46,516 bases of DNA from Hyphochytrium catenoides (GCA_900088475.1 FLMG01004217.1:1-46516); one strand, 5' to 3'; shown: positions 1 through 13,628, numbered from the stretch's first letter. Program-made: numbers and translations. The notes: a model not told the origin generated them from the sequence alone.

Positions 1-523
1 CTCTCTCTCTCTCTTTCTCTTTCTCTTTCTTACACACACACAGTCCAACTGTCACACTCTCTCGCAGCTCAAAGCCTCTTTGTCTCTCTTTTTCCGGGAA
101 AGACATACACACTCTTCTCTCTCACTCATTACGTCTTTCCCCTCTCCTCGCTGTCTCTCTCTCTCTCGCCGCGTCGGAGGTTTTTGCTCGCTCTTTGTTC
201 TTCTTTCTGAAGCTTCTGGCTCGGGCTCTTTTGGCTGCTGACAGTTCTCTTCTACTGTTCGGTTCTCTCTCTTGCATCTGTCATCTGTCCATCTTTCAAA
301 GCTTCCTTGGTTTCTTCTTCTCTCTCTCTTGAAGATCCGCTGCAGATCGCACGCCTTCCTTGAGTTTGTCAGTAGCCGCTGCGTAGACCTTCGCGCTTTC
401 TGCAGGCGCTGCTCCGAAGTGTTCTGCTATCTAGCAAGAGAGAGAGAGAAGAGTCAACCTTTAAAATTCTGGCTTCTTCCGTACTCAAAAGATCCAAGAG
501 AAAGCGGGGGATGTAAGCGCTGT

Positions 524-554
<31 letters not shown>

Positions 555-835
555 TTGTTCTTGTCCCTCGCTCTCTTCCTCTGTAGCGTGCCAGCGCATT
601 CTACCACTTTTCTCATCGGGAAGAGCCTGGTCCTGGACACTGTGCAAGGCAGAAAGCATTATCGAAGGACACACTTGCCCTCCACGTCTGGAGTGCACTG
701 TTAGGCCTGGGCCTTCCTAGCCCTTGCGCTTTTGCCATTGGGGCATGAGCTTAGGAAGAATGAGAGGAAGAGTGGCAGGAAGGGCCTTACAAGTACCGGT
801 AGAGAACACTGTGAGCTACGTCTGAGCGTTAGGCG

Positions 836-3800
836 ATGGACTCTGCTGCTGTGCAGCACTATGGACTCCTCGCGCCACAGGTCACAGATGCCGCGCCTCC
901 AGCTCCTGCCACGGCGCGGATTCGTTCTCTGCCGCAATGGATTTTGAACCTTCGTGATCGCTTCAGACCCAGCCAGGACTCCGGTAAGATGAGAAGGATG
1001 CTTTCTTTGCTCTGGCTGGCCTCGGTTATCAGGCACAGCTCTGACACTCTCTCTGCCTTTCCGTGTGTCTCTCGTCGTGGTACTCTTCTCTCTCTCTCTC
1101 TCTGTCTCTCATCTTCCTGCCTCTCTCTTTGAATGGTGGACAGATGAGTACTGGGCCGGAAACGAGGACATTCCCGGGTCTTCCGGTCTCTCACGCAGGT
1201 AAAGGATGGAGATAGAGGCTTTCGTGTCCCATGCTCTTGTCCGTTCTCTTAACTGCGAGTCGCCTGTTCACTTCGCCCTTGAACTTTTCCTGTAGGCCTA
1301 CCCTAGAGGGCCAGAGTGATGGAGAGGGACCAAGTCCTTCGCCTCTCTCTTCGCCCGGTAGCGACGTCAGCGCCTTATCGACTGGAGAGAGCCGTCCGCG
1401 GACTCCCGAGAGAGGTAGAAGGAGAGCAATGACGGGTGAGCTCCTGAGCGCTCTCTCTCTCTCTCTGTCTCTCTCCTCTCTCTCTCTCTCTGTCTCTCTC
1501 GCTCTCCCTCTCGCTCTCTTTGATTTTTTCTCTCTCTCTTCCCTTACTCTGCTCAGACCTTCGATACACTCTCTGTCAGCTGAGCTTGTTTCTTTCAGCA
1601 CCGTTAGAGCTAGCCCCTCCTACATCTCAGCCTCCGTCCGTGAGCTTTAGGAGCTCGGTGGACTCTTCCTCTGGAAGGTAAGCTACTGAGTAGTTCAAGA
1701 AGAAAAGAGGACGAAGACAGAAGGGGGAGCTGACAGTTGGGGGGCAATAAAGAGAAGGCGAAGGAGAAGAGAAAGAAGAGAACAACCGAGAGAGGAGGAA
1801 GACTGAAGATCTATGATGAAAAGACACTGATGACTCTCGCGTAGCGATAGCAGCAGAAGCTCAGATCACCCTACCTCTGTACGGAGCGTAGCTCAGTCAT
1901 CTGGCGTCTGGCGTGCTGGGGAGGCAGAAAGCCGAGAGAGCGTCCGCAGGCTGAAGCTGCCCAGCATCCTGCAGAATGTGCTACTGAGAGGAAGGTCCGT
2001 GGCAGTTTCTTGTTCCTTCCTTTCGCAATGGTCACAGGTGGTCTCTTACATGTTCAACCTGCTCAGTCGAGATCCTGAGCTCAGAAATCAACAGAGAAAG
2101 CTCCGGCGGTACATTCAGATGCTGCAGTTCGAGGGCCAACGGCGCCGAATCGCGGCAAAGAGGTAAGAAACCGTAAGAGCAAGGTGCCAGCACTGACAGT
2201 GGAGCTGGTGGCTCACCTCTTTCTTCTCTCTGAATTCTGCCTTCCGATGTCCCTCTATCAGCTTCAAGGATGAATGTGCGCGTATCCGGGAGAGCGAAGA
2301 CAGTGACCTACAGCTGCTGCTGACCCTGGCGCGGCAGAGCTTTGTCCCTGTGTACCGTGCCTACTATCAGTTGCTGATCAGCAAGAACAATGCGCTGCTG
2401 GAAATGAACAAGTTGGCTGCTGGACTTATGTCAGAGGTGTTTCCCCCCGCGAGCTTCTAGTCTGAGTCTCTCTTTCTTTTCCCGTCATTCAGCGTCTCTT
2501 TGTCTTCCTCTTCTCTCTTTTCGACTTGTTGATGAATTTCCTCGTCCCAGTCCCTGACTCTGTCTCTTTGTCGCTAGAAACAAGCGGAGGCAAAGATCCT
2601 CCTAAAGCAGCTGCAAAGCATGCCACAGAGCCCAGGCGAGGGCAAGGTATTGCCGAGCCGAGCCCCTTCTTCTCTCTTCTGCCGTCTCTTGCCTTCTATT
2701 TTCTCTCCCACTCACTGTATCTCTGCTAATCCCTATTCTACGCCGATAGGTTACGGTCAGCTACACGTTCTTCGTGACGCCCAAGAAGATTCTGGACGGA
2801 AATGAGCAGTATAAAGAGTACGCCAGGCAGCTCCGGACACTAGAGAAATCCCTTCTCAGAGCAGAGAAGAAGGTGAAGATCCCTCTTCCCTCTCTCAATC
2901 GCTTGCTCTTTCTCATCTTTCGGCCATAAAATGAACCTGGCACGAAGTATAAGTGCACTGAGAGGGCCCGCTTAGTGGCTGAAAGCTCTACATCATCTTC
3001 TGTCCTTCCGGTTTCTCTATTCCTTCTCTCCTTAGCTTTCTCTTGTCTCTTTCTAAGCTTTGACACCTCCTCGTTGTGCCTACGTCTCTGCTCTCTCATC
3101 TTCCATCTCACCCTCTCTCGCTTATAACGTATGATGTGACAGATGCGAGAAGCGAGAAACTGCTTTGAGACCTGCAGCATCTCGGAACGTATGAAGACCC
3201 TTCGAGGATTGGTGGATGACCTAGACAGCCTCACACAACAGCGAGGGAGGAGAGAGGAAGACATGGATGGCATGCTTCTTCTTCCTCCTCCTCGTCTCTC
3301 GCAGAGATCCACCTTCTCCTCATCTTCGTCTCCTCTGGACGTCGTCGACGAGCTCCGCACTGTCTCAACTCCAACATCAGAGGACAATCCTGCTGCCGTA
3401 GATAATACTTTGGCTACTGCCGGAGGAGGTTGTCCTTGCTCCGTTCCCTTTCAGTCACTTTTTCTCGCTATAGCTTGCCTTTCTGCTAATCACTGTCCTC
3501 TCTCCCTCTCAGACAAGAGTTCATGTCCTTGCGTCCTCGCTTGCACTTGTCCTGCCGAGAAAAAGATGATTCTATTACCCTCTATGGTGCAAATAGAGAG
3601 CTCTTGTCTACTCTGCTTAGCCTCTAAAGGCGGTCTCCTGCTTCCTTTCGTCTCTGTAGGAGCTCTAGACAGGCGCATCACGGAGATCCGCCAGCAGTTC
3701 TCAGAGCTAATCTGCGACCCACGAAGCCGTGAGGGGAAGCTCTTCCGACGGTCAGATTGTTATAATGCTCTTAGTTGCTGACAGTGAACCTCTCTGTCTC

Positions 3801-3846
3801 TGTCTCTCTTTCTCTCTCTCCCTCTCTCTCCCTCTCTCTCTCCCCG

Positions 3847-3900
<54 letters not shown>

Positions 3901-6355
3901 ACACCAGAATTTCTCGTCCTCTGGTCTCTTTCCTGTATGTACAATACCTTACCGATTCCACACAACTTTCTCTCTTCTGTAGCTGGTCAGAGAAGCTTCG
4001 ACTCAATCCTCACACAGTGTCGCTTGTGGGCTCCTCGAAAGACCGCTGCGGTACGTATCTCTCTTTCTCTCTGTTTTTCCCTCCTTTGCCTCTCTCTTTC
4101 TCTCTTTCTCTCTTTCTCTCTCTGTCTCTCTTTCTCTGTCTCTCTCTCTGTCTCTTTCTCTCTCTCTCTGTCTGTCTCTTTCTCTCTCTCTCTGTCTGTC
4201 TCTCTGTCTCTCTCTCTCCCTCTCCCTCTCTTCTCTTTTCCGCTGTAGCCCTCACAGCATGGACGTGACCATGCCCACTCTCGCCACCCTCCCTTGCTTA
4301 TATCCTGCAGGACTTCTCGTATTTGATGGTCCTGACAAACAATTGATAAAGCGTAAGCTCCTCAGTTCTCGCCTTCACAATCTCCCCTCAATGCTTCCCT
4401 TCAGTGTTGGCTGAGTTAGAACTTTTGCTCATCAAAGTGCGTATATTAGCCCACTTTCTTAGTGTTTACGTGTTCTAAGGGGAAGAGCCTGGTCGTTTGT
4501 GATGTCCTCACTGTCCTCTCTCCTCTTTAGGAACCAAGTCTCTCTCTCTCTCTGGGCTGGAAATATATGAGCAGCCACTCCCGCGGACTCCTCTGATGCT
4601 CATAAAGCGAAGAGGAAGCGGGAGTACCATCGACCATAGCCCGGGCAGCCGACCCTCCTCTCCTGCTCCAACAACTCCTCCTCTTCTCTTCCTCGAGGCC
4701 GACTTACAGCCGCGTCCCAGCTCTGTCAGAGAATTCATCAACTACTTTGTGGACTATCTAATGGAAGAGTATGACGTCGAGAGCCGATGGATTGACAGGA
4801 AGAGAGCAGAGAGCCGAAGAGAAGAAGAAAGCAAGGCGTCCTGTCGAGGCTCTGAAGGACCTGAAGGCGGCATGGGAGTGCTCTCTTCTTCCTCTTGCTC
4901 CTCGGGACTGCGCACCGTCTCTTCCTCTGCAGAATCTTGCGCCCAGTGGAGTCGATCTTTCTCTTTCGAGGAGCCTCAATTGTCTTCTCTTGAGTCCGCT
5001 TCTATGCCATTAGAGCCGACTGTACCGACGGAGAGCCAACAGAGCGAAAGATATCGGAGTTTGTTAGGCTCTCTTTGTGAGTTCTTGGTCTTCTCTCATC
5101 ACGCCGATGTCTTCCTTGCGTTCACCGCGTCTGTCCTGCGAGAGCCAGAGATGACGGAGAGATATTCTGCGGCCATGCAAAGGGTGAGAGACCTTCCTCT
5201 GGAGGCTTTGGATCTACCTGCAGATCTGATTGAGCGGCTGAAGCTCGACGGGACATCAGGTAAGAGCACTAAAGCAGGGAGAAAGAGAGAGAAGGAGCCC
5301 TAAAGGCAGCGAACAGGAGAGAGAAAGATATTAAAGAACGGATGCTCTGAGACGAGAGAGAAAGGGCTCTGGAGAGAGCGCGAGGACGGCAGTAAATGGG
5401 CTTACAGCGGTTGGTCTGAGTGGCATGTACAGGTGTCAGGGATGTGGACGATGCCTCTGAAGCTTGGGCCTTCGCGCGGACTGTGGCTGGTAGCGTTCTC
5501 TTCAATCTGCTTCCTCGCTTGACATCCTTCTACAATATGCCTTCCGTGTTGTCTTTGCCGCGCTGTCTTCCTTACGTCTTCCCTTTATTCTGTATCTCTT
5601 TCGTCCGTTCCGAGCCTTTCTCCTCTTCTTATCCTCTTTTTCGTTTTCTGTTTCTCACATACCCTTTCTTTTTGCGGTAGAGTTGATCCCTCTCTCTCTC
5701 TCTCTCTCTTCCTCTCTCTTTGTCCCGCCCCACAGCACTAGAGTTGATCCCTCTCTACGTCATCCCAAGTGACGCTATTGCGGCGCTAATGGCTGCGGTG
5801 CGCGCCCTGCACGCGGACATTGAACGGCTTTTGCGCTTCTCTCCTGAGACAGTAGGCGCCGACCTGCTGTTTCCCTTGCTCGTCTATTGTCTGCTCCGGT
5901 GCCGAACGCCTAAGATCTACTTCGCAATCAACTACATTGAGCTCTATGGAAGCAAGCAAGGCGGGACGGGAGAAGCTGGTTAGATTTACTGGGCGCTTCT
6001 CCTCTTTCTCCCACCTTCTCTCTCTTGTGAACATCGTTCCGCATCTCTCTACCCTTTCCTTTGTTTGGCCGCTAGCGCCGGGTTAGCTCGACCGGCAGCC
6101 CTCCTTTTGATCCCTTGAGGTGTCAGGAATGTGCCTTAAACGTTTCTGTCTCTCTACTGGCCTTCGTTTTACTCTCTGTCTGAACCAACAGCTCACATCT
6201 CATCCTCTCTCTCCTTTCTCTCTCCCTCTCTATTTTTTCTGCGCCTTATCTTCCTTCCAGGCTACTACGTCACGTGCTTCCTGGCGGCCATGTCGTTTAT
6301 TATCCAGCTGGGAGAGGGCGAAACGACTTCTCCCCTGTGTCCTGCGCACTCGTAG
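836..6355 (+). CDS. VPS9-domain protein (Rab5-family guanine nucleotide exchange factor), multi-exon
   Basis: Hand-spliced GT-AG model stays in frame: 836-983, 1144-1198, 1296-1435, 1599-1677, 1851-2162 (possible 60-nt intron at 1978-2037), 2262-2436, 2578-2646, 2750-2872, 3143-3428, 3660-3750, 3982-4050, 4311-4351, 4531-5258, 5433-5489, 5736-5978, 6261-6355. The C-terminal part reads VGADLLFPLLVYCLLRCRTPKIYFAINYIELY...GEAGYYVTCFLAAMSFI. This matches the VPS9 motifs (ADxxxP with the catalytic Asp retained; GExGYY). The 5' exons are less certain. Confidence 0.9.
3790..4240 (+). repeat. (CT)n and compound CT/GT microsatellites in VPS9 introns
   Basis: Perfect (CT)n at about 3853-3898 and compound tracts at about 4060-4240. 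Confidence 0.95.
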
Positions 6356-6833
6356 TGTTCTATCTCTCTTCTTCTTTCCGTCTCTTTATTTATTTTATTG
6401 CGCGGATAGCCCGTCTCTCTCTCTCTCTCTGATGTCTCCTCCGGGCCTCTCTCCCTGCCTCTTTGGTGAACCCGTTCGGGCTCTGTTTATATAGAACAGA
6501 CAGTGGTTTTTTTGCTTGTCGGGCCAGCCTTTATATAATGACTATAATGACATAATGAATGGCGCGGTCCAGACCCCGCTCGGCCACTACTTTCCTAAAG
6601 GATATTCCTTTCTTATCTACATACGGACATGGATAGGGGGAGAGAGAGAGAGAGAACTCCTCTGCTCCATTCTCTCTCTCTCTCTTGCTCAGTTGACTAG
6701 CTCTCCCTATTGCTGGTGGACACCTATCTACATCTGCCAACAGACGAGGCTATGCCTCCGTTAGGCCGCTATTTACATCCAACGCCATTCTCTCTCTCTC
6801 TCCTTTCCTTGTCTCTCTTTCTCTCTCTCTCTC

Positions 6834-7709
6834 TTAACTGTCCAGCGGCACAGTGCAGTAAGCACAGCTCGTCTTCTTCTTGAGCCAATCCAGCGCGCAG
6901 CTTTCGTGGAAGAGATGCCCACAGCGCGTCTCCACGGCGTGATCTGCCGCTTCAAAGCCATTCAGGCAGATGCTGCACTCTATTTCACAGCCATCGTTGC
7001 TAGCGCTGACATTCACATCCCGTAAGGTCTTTACGCTGTCTATCAGGTGCGAGGCATCTTCGACCGGAAGGCCCAGGAAGGAGAGAATGACCTCTCCGAT
7101 GGCTTCAAAGTAGCGGTAGTGCGAGTTGGTGAGGATGGACTGAGAGAGCATCTTGCTATCGTCTGCGCCGACGCTTAATAACAGAGAGAAAGAATGAAGC
7201 AAGCTCAACATAAAGCTTCGAAGCTTCTCCACTCTCTCCGAGACAATGCGCGGCTGAGACTTGCCAAAGCTGTGCTTACTCGGGAAATCTATGGCCTTGA
7301 TCGCTTCATAGAGCTCTCTTCCCTTGGGCAGCATCTTGTCATTGGCCTTCAAGAACCTTAGCAGAGTCTTTCTGAACTCTCTGAACTCATTGTACCGATG
7401 ATAGGACTGCCAGCTGTGCGAGCAAGAGTTCTGCACTGTCATTTTGTACGCGATGTAGACGCGCTTGCTCTTCGGGATCACCACGACCGGCTCCACCTCG
7501 AACTTCTCGATGCGCATCAGCCAGACCTTCACCAGCCGCTGGCGCAGTGTGCGGCGAGAGAGAGAGAAAGACTTTCTTCTCGTGCTGAGCGCGGTGCAAG
7601 CCATTTGACTATCTTTAAGGCACAGCGAGGAAGAGAGAGAGGTAAGGGAAGACACGCCGACCTCCGAGGCCAGCTGCCGCTGAACCATCGCCACAGACGC
7701 CGCTGACAT
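6834..7709 (-). CDS. PX-domain + C-terminal RING-H2 protein (putative endosomal E3 ubiquitin ligase), single exon
   Basis: 291-aa ORF. PX signature: YIAYKMTV...WQSYHRYNEFREFRKTL...FPSKHSFG...IVSERVEKLRSFMLSLL. RING-H2: CSIC...CGHLFHESCALDWL...CAYC. Confidence 0.9.
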   Translation of the reverse strand: MSAASVAMVQRQLASEVGVSSLTSLSSSLCLKDSQMACTALSTRRKSFSLSRRTLRQRLVKVWLMRIEKFEVEPVVVIPKSKRVYIAYKMTVQNSCSHSWQSYHRYNEFREFRKTLLRFLKANDKMLPKGRELYEAIKAIDFPSKHSFGKSQPRIVSERVEKLRSFMLSLLHSFSLLLSVGADDSKMLSQSILTNSHYRYFEAIGEVILSFLGLPVEDASHLIDSVKTLRDVNVSASNDGCEIECSICLNGFEAADHAVETRCGHLFHESCALDWLKKKTSCAYCTVPLDS

Positions 7710-8413
7710 TGTGTCAAAGAGAGAGAGAATGTAGAAAATCTTTTTCTGCTCTCTCTCTCTCTCGTCTTTTCTCTCTCTGTCTTTCGCTCTGATGACCCAG
7801 AGAGGCTGGTAGGGACAGTGTCGAATAAGCGATTGGGCGTCCGTAGGAAGAGGGAGACAGAGCGTCGGTAGGGAGAGGGAGATAGATGAGGAGAGAAAAG
7901 GGGAAAGAGAGAAAGAGAGAAGAGACTAAGGGTCAAGTCTGGAGACTCTCTCTGGAAGAAGAGGTTCTGAAGTCAGAAGCTCCTGCCTTCTTTAGCTACA
8001 TCGAGTCCTGGGCCTGGCTGATGAGTTGACAGGCGGAGCGGAAGAGAGAGAATGCCGAGTGAACAAGGAAAAGAGAGAAGATAGGAGGAAAAGAAAGACT
8101 CAAAAGAACAAGAGCTCTCTCTTCGTCTCCCTGCTGTGATGAACGATTGATCGCTCCGTCTCTGTGGTGGCTGGACCGCCTGCCTGCGGGCGTGTGAAGG
8201 GAGAAGCGCTGTCAGAGCTGGAGCGGAGGCGGGCACGGAACGGGGAAGAAGACAAAGGAAAAGCTCACACAACGTCCACAGTTCTCTCTCCTTCTTTCTC
8301 TTTGTCTCTCTCTCTCTCTCTCTCCCACACGCATCACCGTCTCTCGCCGCCTCTGTCTCTCCCTAGGCTGCTTCCTCTTCCCTCCGCAGTGCCGCTTCTC
8401 TGGGTCATATAGC

Positions 8414-8419
<6 letters not shown>

Positions 8420-8471
<52 letters not shown>
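8420..8471 (+). repeat. Perfect (CT)n microsatellite
   Basis: Uninterrupted CT run. Confidence 0.95.
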
Positions 8472-8474
<3 letters not shown>

Positions 8475-8895
8475 TCCGCGCCGCCTTGCGAGGGCTCCCA
8501 AACACAGTTTTGGGCTGTACATCTGTCGGCCATGGTGTAATAATACGAGAGAACTCTCAGTCTTGTCCAGTAAACCACATAATAATACTGTAACACCATT
8601 GGCTCAAGAAGACCAAAAGGGACATCAACATGGTGTGTCCATCTGGGGAAGCTCTTTCCTTATTGCTGCACTTTTCTCTCCCAGCCTGTGAAAAGCGGAC
8701 GATGAGATTTAGCTATAAGCCTCCCCAAAGATGGGGGTTACAAAAAGCTACAAACATTGTATCGCGGATATAAGCATCTATAATCATTGATACTACCTTC
8801 TAAACCATTAAATAATTCTGAACGAACGCATCGATAGTTGCAAAGCACTGGTGCCGTTGAATTCAAAGATCTTTCCTCCCCCAGCCCTTCCCTCC

Positions 8896-8902
8896 NNNNN
8901 NN
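8896..8902. other. Assembly gap (7 N)
   Basis: Run of N. Confidence 1.
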
Positions 8903-9701
8903 TTTCTCTGTCTCCCTCTCTCTTTTTATCACACTCTGTCTCTCTACCACTCTCTATGTGTGTCTCTTCTGTGTCTCTTTCTCTCAACTCACACATTCTC
9001 TCTCTCTCTCTTCTTCCTTTCCATCTCTTGAAAGTTTCCATGGAAGATCCGCCTTGCGAGCTGATGACAAGGGAAAGAGAAAGATCCAGCGGCATGTCCT
9101 GCCTCCTGACATTTCCAGGTTTTCAAGGTTCATGTCTTCCTCTCTCTCCTCTCTCGAGCTCTTCATGCAGACAGAAACCGCGAGGCGCTCAACACGCGGT
9201 GTCTCCCCGCCGTCGTGCTCCTTTTCTGCCTTCGTGTTCTCTCTTCCCTTGTCGCCAATCGGTGCATGCCGCCTGGGGAAGCCTGAAGATCGCTGGCCGG
9301 GAAAAGAGAAATGTTGCATGATGAGCACTGCCTTCCGCCATTTAACTCTTTTCTACACCACGGGCGCTAATAACTCTCGCTCTCTTCATTATTGCAGTCG
9401 TGGGACCCCATTCTGTCTCTCCACCTTTCACTCTCTCTCTCCCTCTCTCTTCTATCTTCTATGCTGACGGTCGGTAGATCTCAGAGCTTCGTAGTGTTAA
9501 TTAAGGCTACTAATAACAAAGGCGTTAGACATACTGTTGATCCTGCTTCTCTCTGTCTCTCTCTCTCTTTTCTCTCCTTTTGACTTGGCATTTCTTCCGG
9601 GACCTTCAGGGCCCTATCCATAAGCCAGTCCTCTGCTTTTATTTAAAAAGAGGAAGAGAAGCAGCGGAAAGAGAGAGAAAGAACGCAAGATCCTAGTGGA
9701 T

Positions 9702-9887
9702 TTATGGCGAAAGGAGAGGAGGAAGCGTGAAGTTGGTCTCTGGGCTGGTTATGCCGTCAGTGCCGTCTCCCGCAACGCCTCCAACTTCAGTAAAGTAGGT
9801 CGTCCCAGGGCGCAAGTCGCTGAGGAGGAAAGATGTCTTCGGCCCTTGATAGACCATCACGCCGTTCAGCATCAAGCTGTATCTGTT

Positions 9888-9926
<39 letters not shown>

Positions 9927-11107
9927 AGAAGCGAAACAGACAGAGGAAGGGAGATTCTTACCCTACAGCATCGCCCGTAGCGTTCCAAGAGATGAGAGCA
10001 GAAGAGTTGCTCGTCTGATTGACCACAGCCAAAGGCCGGTCGGGAACCTCCATGATCAACCGCGTGTCTGCTCAAAAAAAGAGAGAGAGGCGGGAAGGCA
10101 ATGAGAGAAGGAGAGAAGAAAGAGAGCCAATTGGAGCGATGACGGCAGGAGTTCAGTGTTAGACGGAGAGAAGAGCCAGAGAGACGCTAGCGAGACAGAA
10201 GGTACATTACTTGGGAAAGCAATCACTCTCAATAGTCTGAGCGAATGGAGAGACCTCTACCATTCTGCAGAATGTTTTGCTAAAAAAGTGACCACGATGT
10301 CTTTTGACCACGATATCTTTTGCCAGGACAGGTATCCCACAGCGCTTGGCGCTTGGCGCGTGGATATAAAGAGCGAGAGAGAGAAAGAGAGGAGAGGAGA
10401 GAGAAAAAAAGAGAGGAGAGAGAGAGAGAGAGAGAGAGAGGGCGAAGAGAAGGACCTACTCGGAAGATTGAAGATCGGTGCCCATCCAAAGTCAGTGATC
10501 CCATTAACGAAAACCCCTACCAAGAGAGACTGAGACAGTAACGACGGTGGTCCTGGGAAACGCGTGAGAGGGAGAAGGATTGCCTGGGAGATACAAGTAT
10601 GAACACAGAGAGAGAGAGAGACAAAGAGAACGAGGGTGGTTAGCTAGGGATAGACCGGCGAGAACGAGAGAATTAGACTGAAAAAAGGGGAGAAGAATGA
10701 GGAGAGAAAGAAAGGCCGGGAACAGAGAGAAGGAAAGAGAGCATAACCCTAGAGAAAGGACCACAGGACAGAAAAGCAAGAACGACTAAAAGGAAAGAGT
10801 CGGACGCAACCAGGTCGTCCTCAAAGGACAAACCCTCAACAAACCCGAGGAGTAAGAGAACCAAGGACAGCGAGGCCATGGAGAGAGGTTAGGGGAGCAC
10901 TTGAGGCTTACCGCTAGTGACGCGTGATGCATGTGCAGCCCGTAAGAGGGGAAGAGGCCAGCAATGATGGCGATCAGGAGCACGAGAGACAGGTAGAGCT
11001 TCACATAACGAAAGAAAAGACTGCACCAGGCAAACGTGAGATGGGCTGTGAAAATTCAGTAAATGATGAAAGGGACGACTCAGGGGAGAGATATGGGGAG
11101 AGAGACA

Positions 11108-11144
<37 letters not shown>

Positions 11145-13584
11145 AAGGAAAAGACAGGGAGAGAAAGAGAGGAGCAGGAGATTGTGGATAGGCGGAGATG
11201 AGGAGAGTGACAGGGAGAAAAGGAGATGGCGGCACTGAGAGACAGATAAGAGAGACACAGGGAGAGAGACAGCGGTAGCAGGAAGCAAGACGGGGACAGG
11301 AGATAATCAAAAGATGGGGCGGCGTGGGAAGGATGGTGGACAAGACGACGGTTCTGTAAGGAGATGCAGTGCAGCTCAAAAGCTGTCGCTTACGTCTCAA
11401 GACAGAGCTTCCAGAGGTGGTAGCCGGCCAGCCCCAGAGCCAGCAGCAAGAGGAGGGTGAAGAAGACGTAAGTCGCGGCGTTAACTGTCGCGCCTTCGCG
11501 TTGCTGAAAAGAGAGATCGACGTCCTGCAAAGGATGTGTAAGTGAGGGAAGGGGACAGAGAGAGAGAGAGAGAAGTAGAGACAAAAACAGAGAGGGAGAG
11601 GAGAGGGGAGAGATGAGGAGAGAAGGAAACGAGTGAGGGCAAGGGTAGGAGTTGCACTAAAGAAGACGTTTTTGAGGAGAAATGACACCCAGTCCAGAAC
11701 AGGAGCAATGACAGCCTCAACGTAAGGGAAGCACGCAACTCTCTTGTGAGAAATAAAGTCTAAAACGCTCAAAGTGAAGAGGCCGATGGTTCTCCATCGA
11801 TTGTGGGTGGCGATAAGACCTGGAGAGCACACAGAATAGAAAGTCACTGGCCCAGAGAGGTAGAAAGCGTGAAGATGTGGCTTCTTACGAGTGCGGGGAA
11901 GGTGGACGCTATCAGGTCCATGTTCAGGGTGATTGAGAAAGGAAGAACGTAGAGTGCAGACCACTTCAGAACCCGCCACCAAAGGCGGTGCTCCTCAGTG
12001 ATCCCATCCAGAGCGCGCTTTCCAGCGGCGAGGAAGAAGAAGTAAGCCACAGGTAGGAAGAAAGAGAAGTCAGCTGTGCCATTGATAAACATGGCCTGCC
12101 ATCGCCGTGAGTTGGTGCCGGCGTACAATGAAAACCTGACCGTGGAAGTGTGGAACATAGCATGAGTGATTTGCGCCAAGCCAACTTGCCCATCATAGAT
12201 TAACGTCGGACCTCATAGAGAAGAAAAGAAAGGAGCTGGCAGTCTAGATTGCACAGAGGAGAGAGAGAGAAGAGAGAAATAGATAAGATAGAGGTTGAGT
12301 ATGGGGGTTACCAGAAGCCAAACGTGATGATGGAGAACCAGAGCACCCAGGACGGGACCCCCCGGAAGAATGCCAAGCCGCAGAGAAGGGCGAACCCGCA
12401 GAGAAAGATGGCCAGCCTGTAGAGGTGAGAGCACGTAAGGCAGAGACCGTGGCTACAACTACTCGGGTTACGGAGAAGTATACACAGAGGTGGAGGAGAC
12501 TGAGAAGGCTCCCGAAAGGAGTGAACGCTGAGAAAGAGAGCCAGACTCGGGCCAGAGTGGAATAGGTGAGGCTAGAGTTGGGCTGAGAAGAGCTTCGGGG
12601 AAGTGGACGGGGAATCCGGAGAAAGAGGTGAAGAAGGTGGCGTACGTCAGGTCCTCGCAGTGTGACACATTGTCCGCCTTCTTGAACTGGAAACTCTTCG
12701 GAAACCAAGACTCAAAGGCGAGAGATTGCACGTCGTTCTGTTTGCTGGCAGTATAGCTATAGGACTCGCCTGGTGCGCAGAAAGCCCCGTCAGTAAGGTC
12801 CTTACGAGAGAGACCCTTTGAGAATAGCTCATCTTTCGTACCGCTAAGTCTGATCATAGCACAGCCTCCTTTACTGGGTAGGACCCCAGCGTGAATGGCC
12901 GCCTTGCAAATCCTGCTATCTCCTCTAAGAGTGCATAAGGGAGAACAGTCTTGCCGTGTGAGAAGATCTTCTAGAGCACTGAGAGAAAAGGGAGACCAGC
13001 CAAAAGCTCGCAGAGGTGCCACGGTTGGAAAGAAGAGCACGAAGTAGGCTCGGCACCACCCGTCAATCAAAAACACTAGCTCACCGGTAATTTCCAGTTC
13101 CCCACACCCTTAGGTTCGGATCGTTATCTAAGCATAACAAGCAGCGTCGTTAGACCATTCAGCAGCACTTCATGGTGGCGTAGTTATAGAAAGAGGCGCG
13201 AAAGACAGCGAAAGACATAAGCTGACATAGAAAAATGGCGACTAGTGATATGAAAAGTGTGAGGAAGTGGAGTCACGGTCAATTGGCAGCAGGGTTAAGA
13301 GTAAAGACACGGGAATGAAGGAGTGGACTCTCTCTCGGCTTACTCGAGAGACAGCCAGAGGGGCAGCGAATAGGCCGCCAGTCACTCGTGAAGGGCTTGC
13401 AAGAGTCTCCATTTAGACCACAATTTGGCCCTGGGAAATATTCTAAAGTCCTACAGCTTTGCTCGTCAGGCTTCTGATCTGGCACACCGCAAGCACACAG
13501 TGAGAAGATAGTTGGCATGGTGCAGGAAGGGAAAAGAAGTGTTGTCCGGTGAGAAAGAGAGGGAGGGACAGAGAGAGAGACAGA

Positions 13585-13628
<44 letters not shown>

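Noticed and set aside
3729-4268. Long ORFs rich in SLSLSL or RERERE here and at 8.2-8.5, 13.3-13.8, 22.6-23.0, 23.3-24.1 and 30.4-30.9 kb
   Set aside because: Translations of (CT)n/(GA)n microsatellites, which lack stop codons.
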